Assembly (NCBI GenBank): GCA_963724295.1
Contig: CAVRUC010000009.1
Location: 249,133-313,132 of the forward strand
Source: an uncultured Chloroflexia bacterium
GTDB taxonomy: Bacteria > Chloroflexota > Chloroflexia > Thermomicrobiales > UBA6265
DNA: 64,000 nt
Direction: 5' to 3'
Made by a program: the position numbers and the translations under genes. The notes beneath the pieces are model-generated. The model saw only the letters and a list, made by a program, of their open reading frames with translations, searched no databases and was not told the DNA's origin. Of this stretch, positions 32,695 through 42,271 are shown piece after piece (position 1 is the stretch's first letter; each line of letters opens with the position of its first letter).

Positions 32695-34217
32695 CTAGGG
32701 TATCGGCGTCCCGATCAACGGGAACCGATCCGCGACTCGTTCCGGCGTCCAGGGTGTGTAGAGCCAGTCGGTGAAGAAGTCATCCAGCTCTTCGCCTGAG
32801 ACCTCCTCGGCGAGGGCGATGAAATCGTCGGTCGTCGCGGTCGAGTAGCGATACCGTGCGGCCCATTCTTGAAGCAGCCGGAAGAACGTCTCGTCGCCGA
32901 GCAGCTGCCGCAGCTCGTGCATGAGCACGGCGCCGCCCGCGTACACCACCTCGGTGAACAGGTGATCGGGACCGGGGTCGCCGATCAGCACGCCTCTCCC
33001 GTCCGCCGTCCGGCTGACCGTCGCGAATCCGGCGATCTGCCGCTGCAGGGCGGCCGCGGCGGCGTCCGGTCCGTGGGCGGCATCGGCCCACAGGATCTCC
33101 GAGTAGCGCGCGAATCCTTCATTGAGCCAGATGTCTTGCCATTGTGCGGGCGAAACGCTGTCACCGAACCATTGGTGGGCGATCTCGTGGGCGATAGTTC
33201 GCTCGTTCACCGCCGAAGTGTCGTAGCCGATCATGCCCTGGGTCTCGAGCGCCGCGTTCAACGGGCTGTCGGCGAAGACCGTGTTGCCAAGCGACGCGAA
33301 CGGGTAAGGACCGAACAGCTCGGTGAAGACCTCGATCATCTCCGGTACGCGATCGAAGAGAATCCTCTCCTGCTTGGACAGATCGGGGGGAAACGCCTCG
33401 ATCAAGGTGATGCCACCCGGTCCCTCGCCGAACGTGACCTCGAGATCGGCGGCGTGGAACATCACCAGGTAACTCGCCGTCGGCTCGCGGTTCTCCCAGG
33501 TGTAGGTGACCGTCGAGGGGTTGCCCGCGGCTCCGCTTGCCCGCGCCACCGAGGCGAGCTGCCCGTTGGAGACCACCTCGTACGGCTCGGGCACAGTGAT
33601 CACCAGCGTGTAGGTCGATTTGTCCCGCGGGTGGCCATTGACCGGGTACCAGACATCAGACCCGCCGGCTCGCCGACCGTGAAGATCGAGCGGTCGGTCG
33701 TCCACCAGCCGCGCTCGAAGCGGTCGTTTTCGTCGATCTCCGGTTTCCCGTGGTAGCGCACTTCCGCCTGAAACGGCTGCCCCGCGGGGAGCGGACGCGC
33801 GGGGGTAATCGTCAGCTCACCACCATCCCGCGTCCAGTCGGCGCGCTCGCCGTCGACCGCGACCTCATCGATCTGGGGACCTCTGAAATCGAGGTTGAAT
33901 GCAGACAGGTCCTGGCTGGCGACGGCGTCGATCGTCGCCGTCGCATCGAGGATGGAACCCGCCTCGATGTCGAGGTCGAGATCGATGGTGTAGTGGATGG
34001 CGTCGTAGCCGCCGTTGCCCAGCAGCGGGTAGTACCGATCGCCGATCCCGGCAGCGCCCGGGGACGGCACACCCGGGATCGGGGTCGCCGCGACAGCCGG
34101 AGTCGCGGCGCCCCGGGCGCCGCTCGAGCCGGGCGCCATGAGCACCAGAGCGACGAGAACGCTGGCCACGAGCATCGCGCCTCGTCGCCACGGACGCTCG
34201 TTGGAAAGTCGATACAC
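32695..34217 (-). CDS. Secreted M1 family zinc aminopeptidase; frameshift near 33670
   Basis: Signal peptide, GDRYYP.LGNGGYD, ALETQ, HEIAHQWFG...WLNEGFA (HExxH-18x-E). Confidence 0.9.
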
Positions 34218-34382
34218 GCGGGACCTTTCACAGACGTTCGCCGGCCTGAGCCGCGGGCGATGCTACTGCGGTCAGGGACTCCCGTCGAACACTGCTGACC
34301 AATGCATCGACAAGCTAACCGTCAGAGCGTTGCCCGCCCTTTACACCAAACGCGGGCCCGGAGCGAATCGTCTCCTTCTCCT

Positions 34383-34406
34383 CTCGACTCCTCGACTCCT
34401 CGACTC
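34383..34406. repeat. 3x CTCGACTC octamer
   Basis: Read directly at the phosphatase stop codon. Confidence 0.7.
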
Positions 34407-34875
34407 AAATAAGCCACGGCCGCTCCGCCGCCCACCCGGCGAGGGCAATCGTCTGCGGCGTGGCCTCGATGGCGCCTGGGCAGATGGAGCGCACCTCGGC
34501 GATCGCCTGCTCCGAGGAGAGCCCGCCTCGGATCAGATAGGCGGCGAGTACCGTCCCGGTGCGGCCCTGTCCGGCCAGACAATGGACGGCGACCGGGGTG
34601 CCGGCCGCGCGAGCGTCGTCGAGGAAGGCCAGAGCCTCCAGCATCTGGGTCGTCGTGGGCGCGTGGAAGTCGTCAACCGGAAGGTGCAGACCCGAGATTC
34701 CGTGGCGCTCCAGCGCTCCCCAGGGAAGGGCGGTCTCGGTCAGCGTCAGCAGCGCGCCGATGCCGTAACCGCTGAGGGCGGCCAGATCGCGGTCGATGTT
34801 CCCGTCGCGCCCGGCTCCCGGACGCGAGCAACCGGCAAGGACGTTGTCGATGATCCAGTAGAAGCGCTGCATCAT
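34405..34875 (-). CDS. Dual-specificity/protein tyrosine phosphatase
   Basis: PVDDFHAP, VHCLAGQGRTG (CX5R). Confidence 0.92.
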   Translation of the reverse strand: MMQRFYWIIDNVLAGCSRPGAGRDGNIDRDLAALSGYGIGALLTLTETALPWGALERHGISGLHLPVDDFHAPTTTQMLEALAFLDDARAAGTPVAVHCLAGQGRTGTVLAAYLIRGGLSSEQAIAEVRSICPGAIEATPQTIALAGWAAERPWLI

Positions 34876-35025
34876 TGCTTTCCGTTGTCGCCGCGACGCC
34901 GGCCCAGAGTCTGGCCACGACTCCGTCATGGCAGGGTACCCTATGCGCTAGAGGCTCGCTGTCTGGCACGCGGGGTGCATCCTCTTCCAGACGCGGCAAT
35001 CGCAGACGAAAGGGGCAGGCGCGGC

Positions 35026-35574
35026 ATGGCCAAAGACAAAGCCAAAGTTCACCTCGTGAAAGACGGCGATCACCGGTCCGAGCGCCCGCGGACCTTCGAG
35101 ACGGCGGTCGATCTCTCCGCCGCGACCCGGGTTGCCATGATCGAGCTGCTCAATCAGGAGCTGGCGGACACCTCTGATCTCTATAGCCAGACCAAGCAGG
35201 CGCACTGGAATGTGAAGGGCATCCACTTCTATCAGCTCCATCTACTCTTCGATCAACTGGCGGAGAAGCGGCAGGCCGAGGCCGACGAGCTTGCCGAGCG
35301 AGCGACCGAGCTCGGTGGTTACGCACTGGGTACGGTGCGCATGGCCGCGGCCAACTCCCGGCTACCGGAGATCCCGGCCGATATCAACACCGGTGTCGAC
35401 TACGTGCAGGCGCTCGTCGAGCGCTACGGCATCCATGCCAACGCCGTGCGGGCTGCCATCGACGAAGCCGACGAGGCCGGAGACAAGGACACCGCGGACC
35501 TCTTCACCGAGATCTCGCGGGAATTGGACAAAGACCTCTGGTTCCTCCAGGCCCATCTGCAAGCGCGGGACTAG
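35026..35574 (+). CDS. dps: DNA starvation/stationary phase protection protein Dps
   Basis: KQAHWNVKG..F..LHLLFD, DELAER, DKDLWF. Confidence 0.95.
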   Translation: MAKDKAKVHLVKDGDHRSERPRTFETAVDLSAATRVAMIELLNQELADTSDLYSQTKQAHWNVKGIHFYQLHLLFDQLAEKRQAEADELAERATELGGYALGTVRMAAANSRLPEIPADINTGVDYVQALVERYGIHANAVRAAIDEADEAGDKDTADLFTEISRELDKDLWFLQAHLQARD

Positions 35575-35604
35575 CCGTTCGCCGGCGCGTGCCGGCCTCA
35601 GGAG

Positions 35605-37257
35605 ATGTCGATGCCCGGCACGCCCGATGCCCTCGCCCCGGATCTGATCCTCGTCAACGGCGCCTTCCACACGGTCGATGAAGCCAACCCGCGGGCGACG
35701 GCCGTGGCCATCCGCGATGGGCGGTTCGTCGCGGTCGGCGGCGAAGAGATTCGCGCCCTGGCCGGGCCGGCGACACGCATCGAGGACCTGGGCGGAGCGG
35801 CCGTCGTACCAGGCTTGATCGACGCCCACAACCACCTGCAAGCGACCGGCCGCATGTTGCGCGAGGTCCAGCTCTACGACACTCGCGCCATGCCCGAGAT
35901 CGTCGCCCGTGTGGCGGCGCGTGTGCGCGAGACGCCACGAGGTGAGTGGGTCGTCGGGCGCGGTTGGGACGAGAGTCTGCTCGCCGAAGCTCGCCATCCC
36001 ACCCGCCACGACCTCGACGCCGTCTCGCCTGACAACCCGGTCGTCATCCACCGCGTCTGGAACAAGCTCGTCTGCAACTCGGCGGCGCTGCGAGCGGCGG
36101 GGATCGATCGCGAGACACCCGATCCGCCCGCTGACGTGCTCTACAGCGGGTCGTTCGAGCGGGACGAATCCGGGGAGCCGACGGGCCTCTTCCGGGACCG
36201 GGCCAAGGACCTGATCACCGATCACATCCCGGAGCCAACCGAGGAGGAGCGAGTCGCGGCGGTCGCGGCCGCCTGCCGCGCCTACAACGCGGTTGGATTG
36301 ACCGGGGTCGCGGAACCGGGGCTCTATCCCCCGGAAATTCGCGCCTTCGACCGCGCGCGACGGGAGGGGAAGCTCACCGTCCGCACCGACATGCTGATGG
36401 CCGCCTGGGGTTTCGGCGCCCCCGAGAGCGAGCAAGGGCTCGAGGAGCGCTTCGAGAGCCTGGGCGTCGGCGGTGGGCTGGGCGATGACCTGCTGCGGCT
36501 GGAAGGCATCAAGCTGATGATCGACGGCGGCATGAGCGACCGCACGGCGCGTATGTTCGATTCCTACCTGGACGAGCCCGCTAACCGTGGCACCTGGGTC
36601 GTCGAGCCGGCGCGACTGGTGAACCTCATCCGCTGGGTCCACGATCTGGGCTGGCCGATGGACATCCACACCTGCGGCGACGAGGCGCAGGAGACGGTCG
36701 TTTGCACCTTCGCCGCCGCCCAGCGCGAGAACCCGAAGCCGTGGTTGCGGCACCGCGTCCATCACGCCTATTTTCCGACGCCCGCCGCGCTCGAAGCGAT
36801 GGCGGAGGCCGGGATTTCGGCGGTGGTCTCCTCTCCGTTCCTCACGAACTTGGGCGAGGGATTCGTCAATAGCGTCGGACCCGAGCGCGCCAGCCGCGCC
36901 ATGCCGATGCGAACCTACCTCAATGCCGGCGTACCCCTGGCGGGATCGTCCGACTCCTATATCACCGACTACAACCCCTGGGTAGGAATGCACGCCGCGG
37001 TCAATCGCACGACGGCCACCGGCCGTGACCTGGGCAAAGAGACCGAGGCCCTGACACCTGAGGAGGCGCTCCGCTCCTACACGATTGGCGGCGCGTACGT
37101 CACCGGCCGCGAAGACCGGCAGGGCTCGATCGCCCCCGGCAAGCTGGCCGACCTGGTCGTGCTCGACCGCGACCCGCTGGCGATCTCGCCCGACGAGCTC
37201 GATCGGGTGCGCCCGACCGCGACCATGCTCGGCGGGGAGTGGGTCTTCCGAGCGTAG
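35605..37257 (+). CDS. Amidohydrolase family 3 (YtcJ-like)
   Basis: PGLIDAHNH, IKLMIDG, HTCGD, GSSD, GSIAPGKLADLVVLD. Confidence 0.92.
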   Translation: MSMPGTPDALAPDLILVNGAFHTVDEANPRATAVAIRDGRFVAVGGEEIRALAGPATRIEDLGGAAVVPGLIDAHNHLQATGRMLREVQLYDTRAMPEIVARVAARVRETPRGEWVVGRGWDESLLAEARHPTRHDLDAVSPDNPVVIHRVWNKLVCNSAALRAAGIDRETPDPPADVLYSGSFERDESGEPTGLFRDRAKDLITDHIPEPTEEERVAAVAAACRAYNAVGLTGVAEPGLYPPEIRAFDRARREGKLTVRTDMLMAAWGFGAPESEQGLEERFESLGVGGGLGDDLLRLEGIKLMIDGGMSDRTARMFDSYLDEPANRGTWVVEPARLVNLIRWVHDLGWPMDIHTCGDEAQETVVCTFAAAQRENPKPWLRHRVHHAYFPTPAALEAMAEAGISAVVSSPFLTNLGEGFVNSVGPERASRAMPMRTYLNAGVPLAGSSDSYITDYNPWVGMHAAVNRTTATGRDLGKETEALTPEEALRSYTIGGAYVTGREDRQGSIAPGKLADLVVLDRDPLAISPDELDRVRPTATMLGGEWVFRA

Positions 37258-37412
37258 GGGTGGGCACCAGCCAATCGCCGGGATCGCATCTGCCCGTTCA
37301 ACCGGGGTAGGCATTTCCAGCGTGAAGGGCTATGATGCGCGCGGCGCGTTGCCCGCGGCGTCTCGAAACTTGTGTAGCAAACACGCAACGGAGCTGGAAC
37401 GGGAGGCGAAAT

Positions 37413-37472
37413 ATGACTGTGCTTGCACTCCATAGCTCACCCATCGCTGCCTCCGACAGCCGCGCCAGCTAG
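37413..37472 (+). CDS. Putative 19-aa leader peptide MTVLALHSSPIAASDSRAS
   Basis: SD GGGAGG 6 nt before ATG; within the long rsgA 5' region. Confidence 0.5.
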   Translation: MTVLALHSSPIAASDSRAS

Positions 37473-37509
37473 GAACCCCCTGCTCCGCGCCTCGTCGGCG
37501 CAAAGACAG

Positions 37510-37599
37510 CGCCCGGATTCGCGACCGCGTGAGTCCGGGCGTACCCGTGCGCCGAAAGCTCCGTCTGAGGTGGCTTGACCGGTAACCTCAGACAGGAGC
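37510..37599 (+). promoter_or_regulatory. Two leader hairpins; the second sequesters the rsgA SD
   Basis: CGCCCGGATTC/GAGTCCGGGCG (37510-37541); GCTCC-GTCTGAGGT/ACCTCAGAC-A-GGAGC (37558-37599). Confidence 0.6.
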
Positions 37600-37605
37600 C
37601 AGACG

Positions 37606-38687
37606 TTGATTCCTCTCGAACTTGAACTACAGAACTCGGATTTGGACCGTTTTTCGCGACCCAGCTCGATCCCCTGGAACGTGTCCGACCCGGACTCGTG
37701 CCGGCCCGGATCGCCGCCGATGGCGCTGGGATCTACCCCCTGCTCGGCAGCCAGGCCCGGCTCGGAGAGCTCTCCGGCCGGCTACGCCACGAGCTCACTG
37801 GCATCGACCGGCCGGCCGTCGGCGACTGGGTCGCCATCGCCGACGACGCCGAGCGGGCCGTCCTTCATCATGTCCTGCGGCGACGGACGGCCATGATCCG
37901 CCGCGCGGCGGACACGGACGCCACCGCGCAGATGATCGCGGCCAACGTCGACATCTTCTGCCTCGTCACCTCGGCCAACCGCGATCTCAATCCGCGTCGC
38001 ATGGAGCGCTACCTGACCGCGGTCTGGGAGAGCGGAGCAACCCCTGTTATCGTCCTCAACAAGGTCGATCTCGTCGCCGACCGCGGTGCCATGAGCCAGG
38101 CGCTTGGCTCGGTGGCTCTGGGCGTTCCAGTCGTCGAAGTGAGTGCCCTCACCGGGGTTGGGATCGATGCGCTGCGCGAGCATGTCGGACCGGGCACCAC
38201 CGTCGGCTTCATCGGCTCCTCGGGAGTCGGCAAGTCGTCTTTGATCAACCGCCTGGTCGGTCGCGAGGTCCAGCACGTCAGCGACATCCGGGAAGACGAT
38301 GCCCGCGGCCGCCACACCACCACCCGGCGTGAGCTCGTGCTGCTGCCCGGTGGTGGCGTGCTCATCGACACCCCCGGCATGCGCGAGCTGGGACTGCTCG
38401 AAGATGACGGCGGGATCGACGCGACCTTCGCCGACATCGCGGAGATCGCCCAGGCCTGCCGGTTCAACGACTGCCTGCACGAGAGCGAGCCCGGCTGCGC
38501 CGTGCAGGCAGCGCTCTACTCGCGGGCGCTCGATGCAAATCGCCTGCACAGCTACCGCAAGCTGCAACGAGAGATCGCCGCATCTGAGCGCCGGCGCGAT
38601 CCGATTCTGGCCGCCAACGAGCGGCGCCGCTGGAAGACGATCCACAAGGAGCTGCGAGCGCGGGAAAAAGCCAGGAGCCGCTATTGA
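37606..38687 (+). CDS. rsgA: Ribosome small subunit-dependent GTPase A; probable frameshift near 37630
   Basis: PAVGDWV, AANVD, NKVD, GSSGVGKSSL, GRHTTT, DTPG, CRFNDCLHESEPGC. Confidence 0.95.
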
Positions 38688-38765
38688 TGTCCGGTCGACA
38701 CCGTCCGCTCTCAACTGCTGCGAGGTGGCTGGATGGACACCTCCACCCAGCCACCTCACCTCGAT

Positions 38766-39731
38766 CTACTGGTTCTCGATGAGCCGATCGACGGCAGCGT
38801 CGAGGATCGAGTGGCTCTGCCCATCCCGGCCATTGCCAAGCGGGTTCGGCCCTGACGAAACCGGTGGCACCGGGAGCTTCGCGGTGCCGTGTAGCAGTGG
38901 ATTCGGCTGTGGTGCAATACCCATGTCCGTCGTTAGCGGACGTGGTTCGGCCAGATACTGGAATTCGCCGATGCCGTCCATCGTCGGTCCCTGCGCCCAG
39001 CGACCCTGGCCACTCTCGGTACCGGCCGAGCAGTTCCAGAAGGTGTGAGCCTGGTCCATGCGAACGCGGTCGAGCGGCATCGTGCCCGGAACGAGGAAGT
39101 CTTCCAGCCCGTCGGCCTGCAATTCCTCGATCGCCGCCGCCCACTGATTCTGGTGCATGAAGTCGCGCGCCAGGTTGAACGCCAGCATGTCGCGCACGCC
39201 CCGGTCGTCGGTCATCTCGTAGAGCCGGCTGACCTGCAAATTGCCCTGCGACTCGGCCATCAGGTTCCAGCGGAAGTCAGCCAGCAGGTTGCCGCTGGCG
39301 GTGATGTAGTTGCCGTTCCATGGAAAGCCAACGCTGTCCTTCGGCACCGCTCCCAGACCGCTGAAGATCGCATGCTGGGGATTCATCCCGGCGGCCATCG
39401 CGTCCCGCATGTCGCTCCCGCCCATCGCCGCGGCCACGGTCGGACTCTCCGCGACGGCTTGCTCTTGCATGGCGAGAGGCGCGCCTTCCAGGAGGCGGGA
39501 GATCATCACCGAGAGCATCTCGACGTGGGCGATCTCCTCGGTGCCGATGTCGAGCAGCATGTCCCGGTACTTTTCTGGCCCGCGACAGTTCCACCCCTGA
39601 AAGAGGTAGGCCATCATCACCGTCATCTCGCCGAATTGTCCGCCCAGAATCTCCTGCAGCTTCTTGGCGTAAATCGGATCGGGTCGCTCTGGCGCGGCCT
39701 GGTACTGCAACTCCTTGACGTGGAAAAACAT
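38766..39731 (-). CDS. Manganese catalase
   Basis: LQEILGGQFGE, DIGTEEIAHVE, ARDFMHQ. Confidence 0.95.
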   Translation of the reverse strand: MFFHVKELQYQAAPERPDPIYAKKLQEILGGQFGEMTVMMAYLFQGWNCRGPEKYRDMLLDIGTEEIAHVEMLSVMISRLLEGAPLAMQEQAVAESPTVAAAMGGSDMRDAMAAGMNPQHAIFSGLGAVPKDSVGFPWNGNYITASGNLLADFRWNLMAESQGNLQVSRLYEMTDDRGVRDMLAFNLARDFMHQNQWAAAIEELQADGLEDFLVPGTMPLDRVRMDQAHTFWNCSAGTESGQGRWAQGPTMDGIGEFQYLAEPRPLTTDMGIAPQPNPLLHGTAKLPVPPVSSGPNPLGNGRDGQSHSILDAAVDRLIENQ

Positions 39732-39917
39732 TCTGGCTCCTGTTCTTGCCGAGGGGAACGCAAACCGTCGTCAACGACTTAACGCGAGCCCCGATTGACA
39801 ACGACTCTCCCGAGTACGACCTGGGACTCGTGCCCAGGTGTCAATGGAAACCGCAAAGACCATGCCATGGAGAAAGGCGAACGGTGACCCACCATCGCAT
39901 GGGCATTGGCTGTTGCC

Positions 39918-41105
39918 CTACGTCCCAGCCGTCCCCAACAGCCGCCAGGCACGCCCAATGGCGATCCCCGCGCCCACGGCTATGACAGCCATCAGGACGC
40001 TGACTGCCTGCGGTGACAACGCTCCGCCGGCAAGCCAGATGACGATGAACGCAACCGCGGTCCCCAGCCGGGCCAACACCACGCGATCGGTGATATGTCC
40101 GGCGCCCGCCGAGCGCAGAAGCGCCATCGCCGTCAGGTACAGGGCCGGACCGCCGCACAGGACGAGCCGCTCGCCATCCGAGAGCGGGTGCCCGGCCGCG
40201 GCAGCTTCGATCGCCAGCTCGATGCCGACGCCGGCCATCGCGATACCCATCCAGACGAAGAAGTGACCGTAGCCCCAGATGAACGACGCCAGGCGACCTC
40301 TCTCCAACAGCTCGGCGTGCGGATGGGCGAAATATGCCCACCAGATCACTACGGCAATGGCGAACCCCGCAACGGCGGCGGTCACTGCCTCCGGCGTCCA
40401 CTCCGCCTCGGACATGCTCCGTGCGACGGCGATGATCGCCTCGCCCAGAACGATGATTGTGAAGAGTCCGTACCGCTCGGGGATATGGCTGACGTCAAAC
40501 GTTCGCTCGGCGACGGCGAGGACCGCAACCCACGGCGTCACCAGATCGACCGCCAGCGCGGCCACCCATACCCACGGCCGGATCTCCTCCGGTAACGCAA
40601 GTGACACGAGCCAGATCACCGCGGCGAGACCGAATCCCGACGCGTAGCGCATGGAGAACGCCTGGCGTCCTGGGTAGAGCCGGGTCGTGCGCAGAAAAAG
40701 CGCGACGACGATGGCATGGAAGACGACGAACGCCAGGATAATCCCACGCGGATCGCCATGGCTCGCCGCCCCGACCTGGGTCGCCATGGCCAGCACGGTC
40801 AGCATTGCCGCGAACGCGCCGAACCGATTGAACGCTCCGCGCTCGGGGAAGCTGGTGGCGTACCAGGCGTACTCCATCCAGGACCACCAGACCGGAATGA
40901 AGAGCGCGGCGAAAAGCGCCACTCCCTCGATCGAAGGCTCGTCGTGCAGGGTGTGCGCCACGGCGCCGACGGCGACCACGAAGCAAAGATCGAAGAAGAG
41001 CTCGAGCCAGGATGCCCGGCGCTCTGGTTCAGCCGCGGCGCCCGCGGGCGGCGCTGACGTTGCGATGGTGCTTGCCATCAATCGAGAGTTCTGTCCGTTC
41101 CCCAA
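39918..41105 (-). CDS. ltrA: Low temperature requirement protein A family membrane protein
   Basis: SWLELFFDL.FV, HIPERYGLFTIIVLGE. Confidence 0.9.
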   Translation of the reverse strand: MGNGQNSRLMASTIATSAPPAGAAAEPERRASWLELFFDLCFVVAVGAVAHTLHDEPSIEGVALFAALFIPVWWSWMEYAWYATSFPERGAFNRFGAFAAMLTVLAMATQVGAASHGDPRGIILAFVVFHAIVVALFLRTTRLYPGRQAFSMRYASGFGLAAVIWLVSLALPEEIRPWVWVAALAVDLVTPWVAVLAVAERTFDVSHIPERYGLFTIIVLGEAIIAVARSMSEAEWTPEAVTAAVAGFAIAVVIWWAYFAHPHAELLERGRLASFIWGYGHFFVWMGIAMAGVGIELAIEAAAAGHPLSDGERLVLCGGPALYLTAMALLRSAGAGHITDRVVLARLGTAVAFIVIWLAGGALSPQAVSVLMAVIAVGAGIAIGRAWRLLGTAGT

Positions 41106-41155
41106 TCGTCCCGAGAGAAGATTGCCAGGATCGTAAAGTGCGGACGGACGGGACG

Positions 41156-42196
41156 CTACTGCTCGTGTGGGTAGGCCAGAGCGCCGCCGCGGACGCTCAC
41201 CAGCACCCGGTCTCCGGGACGGAACCCGCCGTACGCGCCCAACCGCGCCTTCAGCACCTGACCGCTATCGAGCTGCACCGTGAGCAGCTGGTCGTGCCCA
41301 AAGAATGCCCGGGAGACGATGGTCGCGGGCGTACCCTCGTGGTGTTCAGGCGCCGCAATCGGGGTCAGGCGCAGCATCTCGGGGCGTAGCATCACGTCCA
41401 CCGCACCCTCGAACGCCCCGTGCAGGGGAATCTCGCCCAGAACGGTCGTGGCCCGCCGGCCCGATGCCTGGCCCGGCAGAAACTGCACGTCCCCGATGAA
41501 GTCGGCGATCATCCGGCTCGCCGGGCGGTGATACAGCTCTTCCGGCGACCCGGCCTGGACGATCTTCCCGTCGAGCATGACCGCCACCCGGTCGGCGATA
41601 GAGAGCGCTTCTTCCTGATCGTGGGTCACCAGCACAGCCGTCATCCCGGCCTCGCGCAGGATCTGCCGCACGTCCTCGCGTACCGCCGCCCGCAGGTCGG
41701 CATCGAGATTGGAAAACGGCTCGTCGAGCAGGATTACCTCCGGCTCTGGAGCCAGGGCGCGGGCCAGCGCCACCCGCTGCTGCTGCCCCCCAGAGAGCTG
41801 GTCCGGCGTCCGCGCTCCCAGACCGGCGAGCCCGACCGTCGCCAGCGCCGACGCCACCCGGTCCTCGCGGTTCGAGGTGTTGCGCGGCAAACCGAATGCG
41901 ACGTTGCGCGCCACGCTGAGATGCGGGAAGAGGGCGTAATCCTGAAAGACCATGCCGATCCGGCGTCCTTCGGGTGGGACCCATCGGCCACCGGTCGCGG
42001 CTGTGTCGCAGACGCGGTCTCCGCCGATCTCGATCGACCCGGCGTGAGGCCGCTCGAACCCGGCTATCACCCGCAGCGTTGTCGTCTTCCCGCAGCCGCT
42101 GGGACCGAGCAAGGCCAGGAACTCGCCTCGCTCGGCATCGAGATCGATACCGCGCAGCACCTCGACGTCACCGTAGCGCTTCTCCAGCCCGCGCAC
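41156..42196 (-). CDS. Fe3+-type ABC transporter ATP-binding protein (FbpC-like)
   Basis: [36 protein letters not shown]; true start may be slightly upstream. Confidence 0.9.
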   Translation of the reverse strand: MRGLEKRYGDVEVLRGIDLDAERGEFLALLGPSGCGKTTTLRVIAGFERPHAGSIEIGGDRVCDTAATGGRWVPPEGRRIGMVFQDYALFPHLSVARNVAFGLPRNTSNREDRVASALATVGLAGLGARTPDQLSGGQQQRVALARALAPEPEVILLDEPFSNLDADLRAAVREDVRQILREAGMTAVLVTHDQEEALSIADRVAVMLDGKIVQAGSPEELYHRPASRMIADFIGDVQFLPGQASGRRATTVLGEIPLHGAFEGAVDVMLRPEMLRLTPIAAPEHHEGTPATIVSRAFFGHDQLLTVQLDSGQVLKARLGAYGGFRPGDRVLVSVRGGALAYPHEQ

Positions 42197-42271
42197 GCGC
42201 AGGGCCGGGATCGCGTCATCGCTGCTGATCGTCTCGAACTCGCGAAGTGCGCGGTCGCCGCAGGCTGACGA

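Noticed and set aside
34138..35025. Long N-terminal extension on Dps (478-aa ORF)
   Set aside because: It is the antisense shadow of the phosphatase gene; Dps homology starts at the ATG at 35026
35362..37314. Long antisense ORFs (this 650-aa one, also 4633-6048, 13408-14916 and 55633-56724)
   Set aside because: Stop-poor mirror frames of real genes in high-GC DNA, with no recognisable motifs
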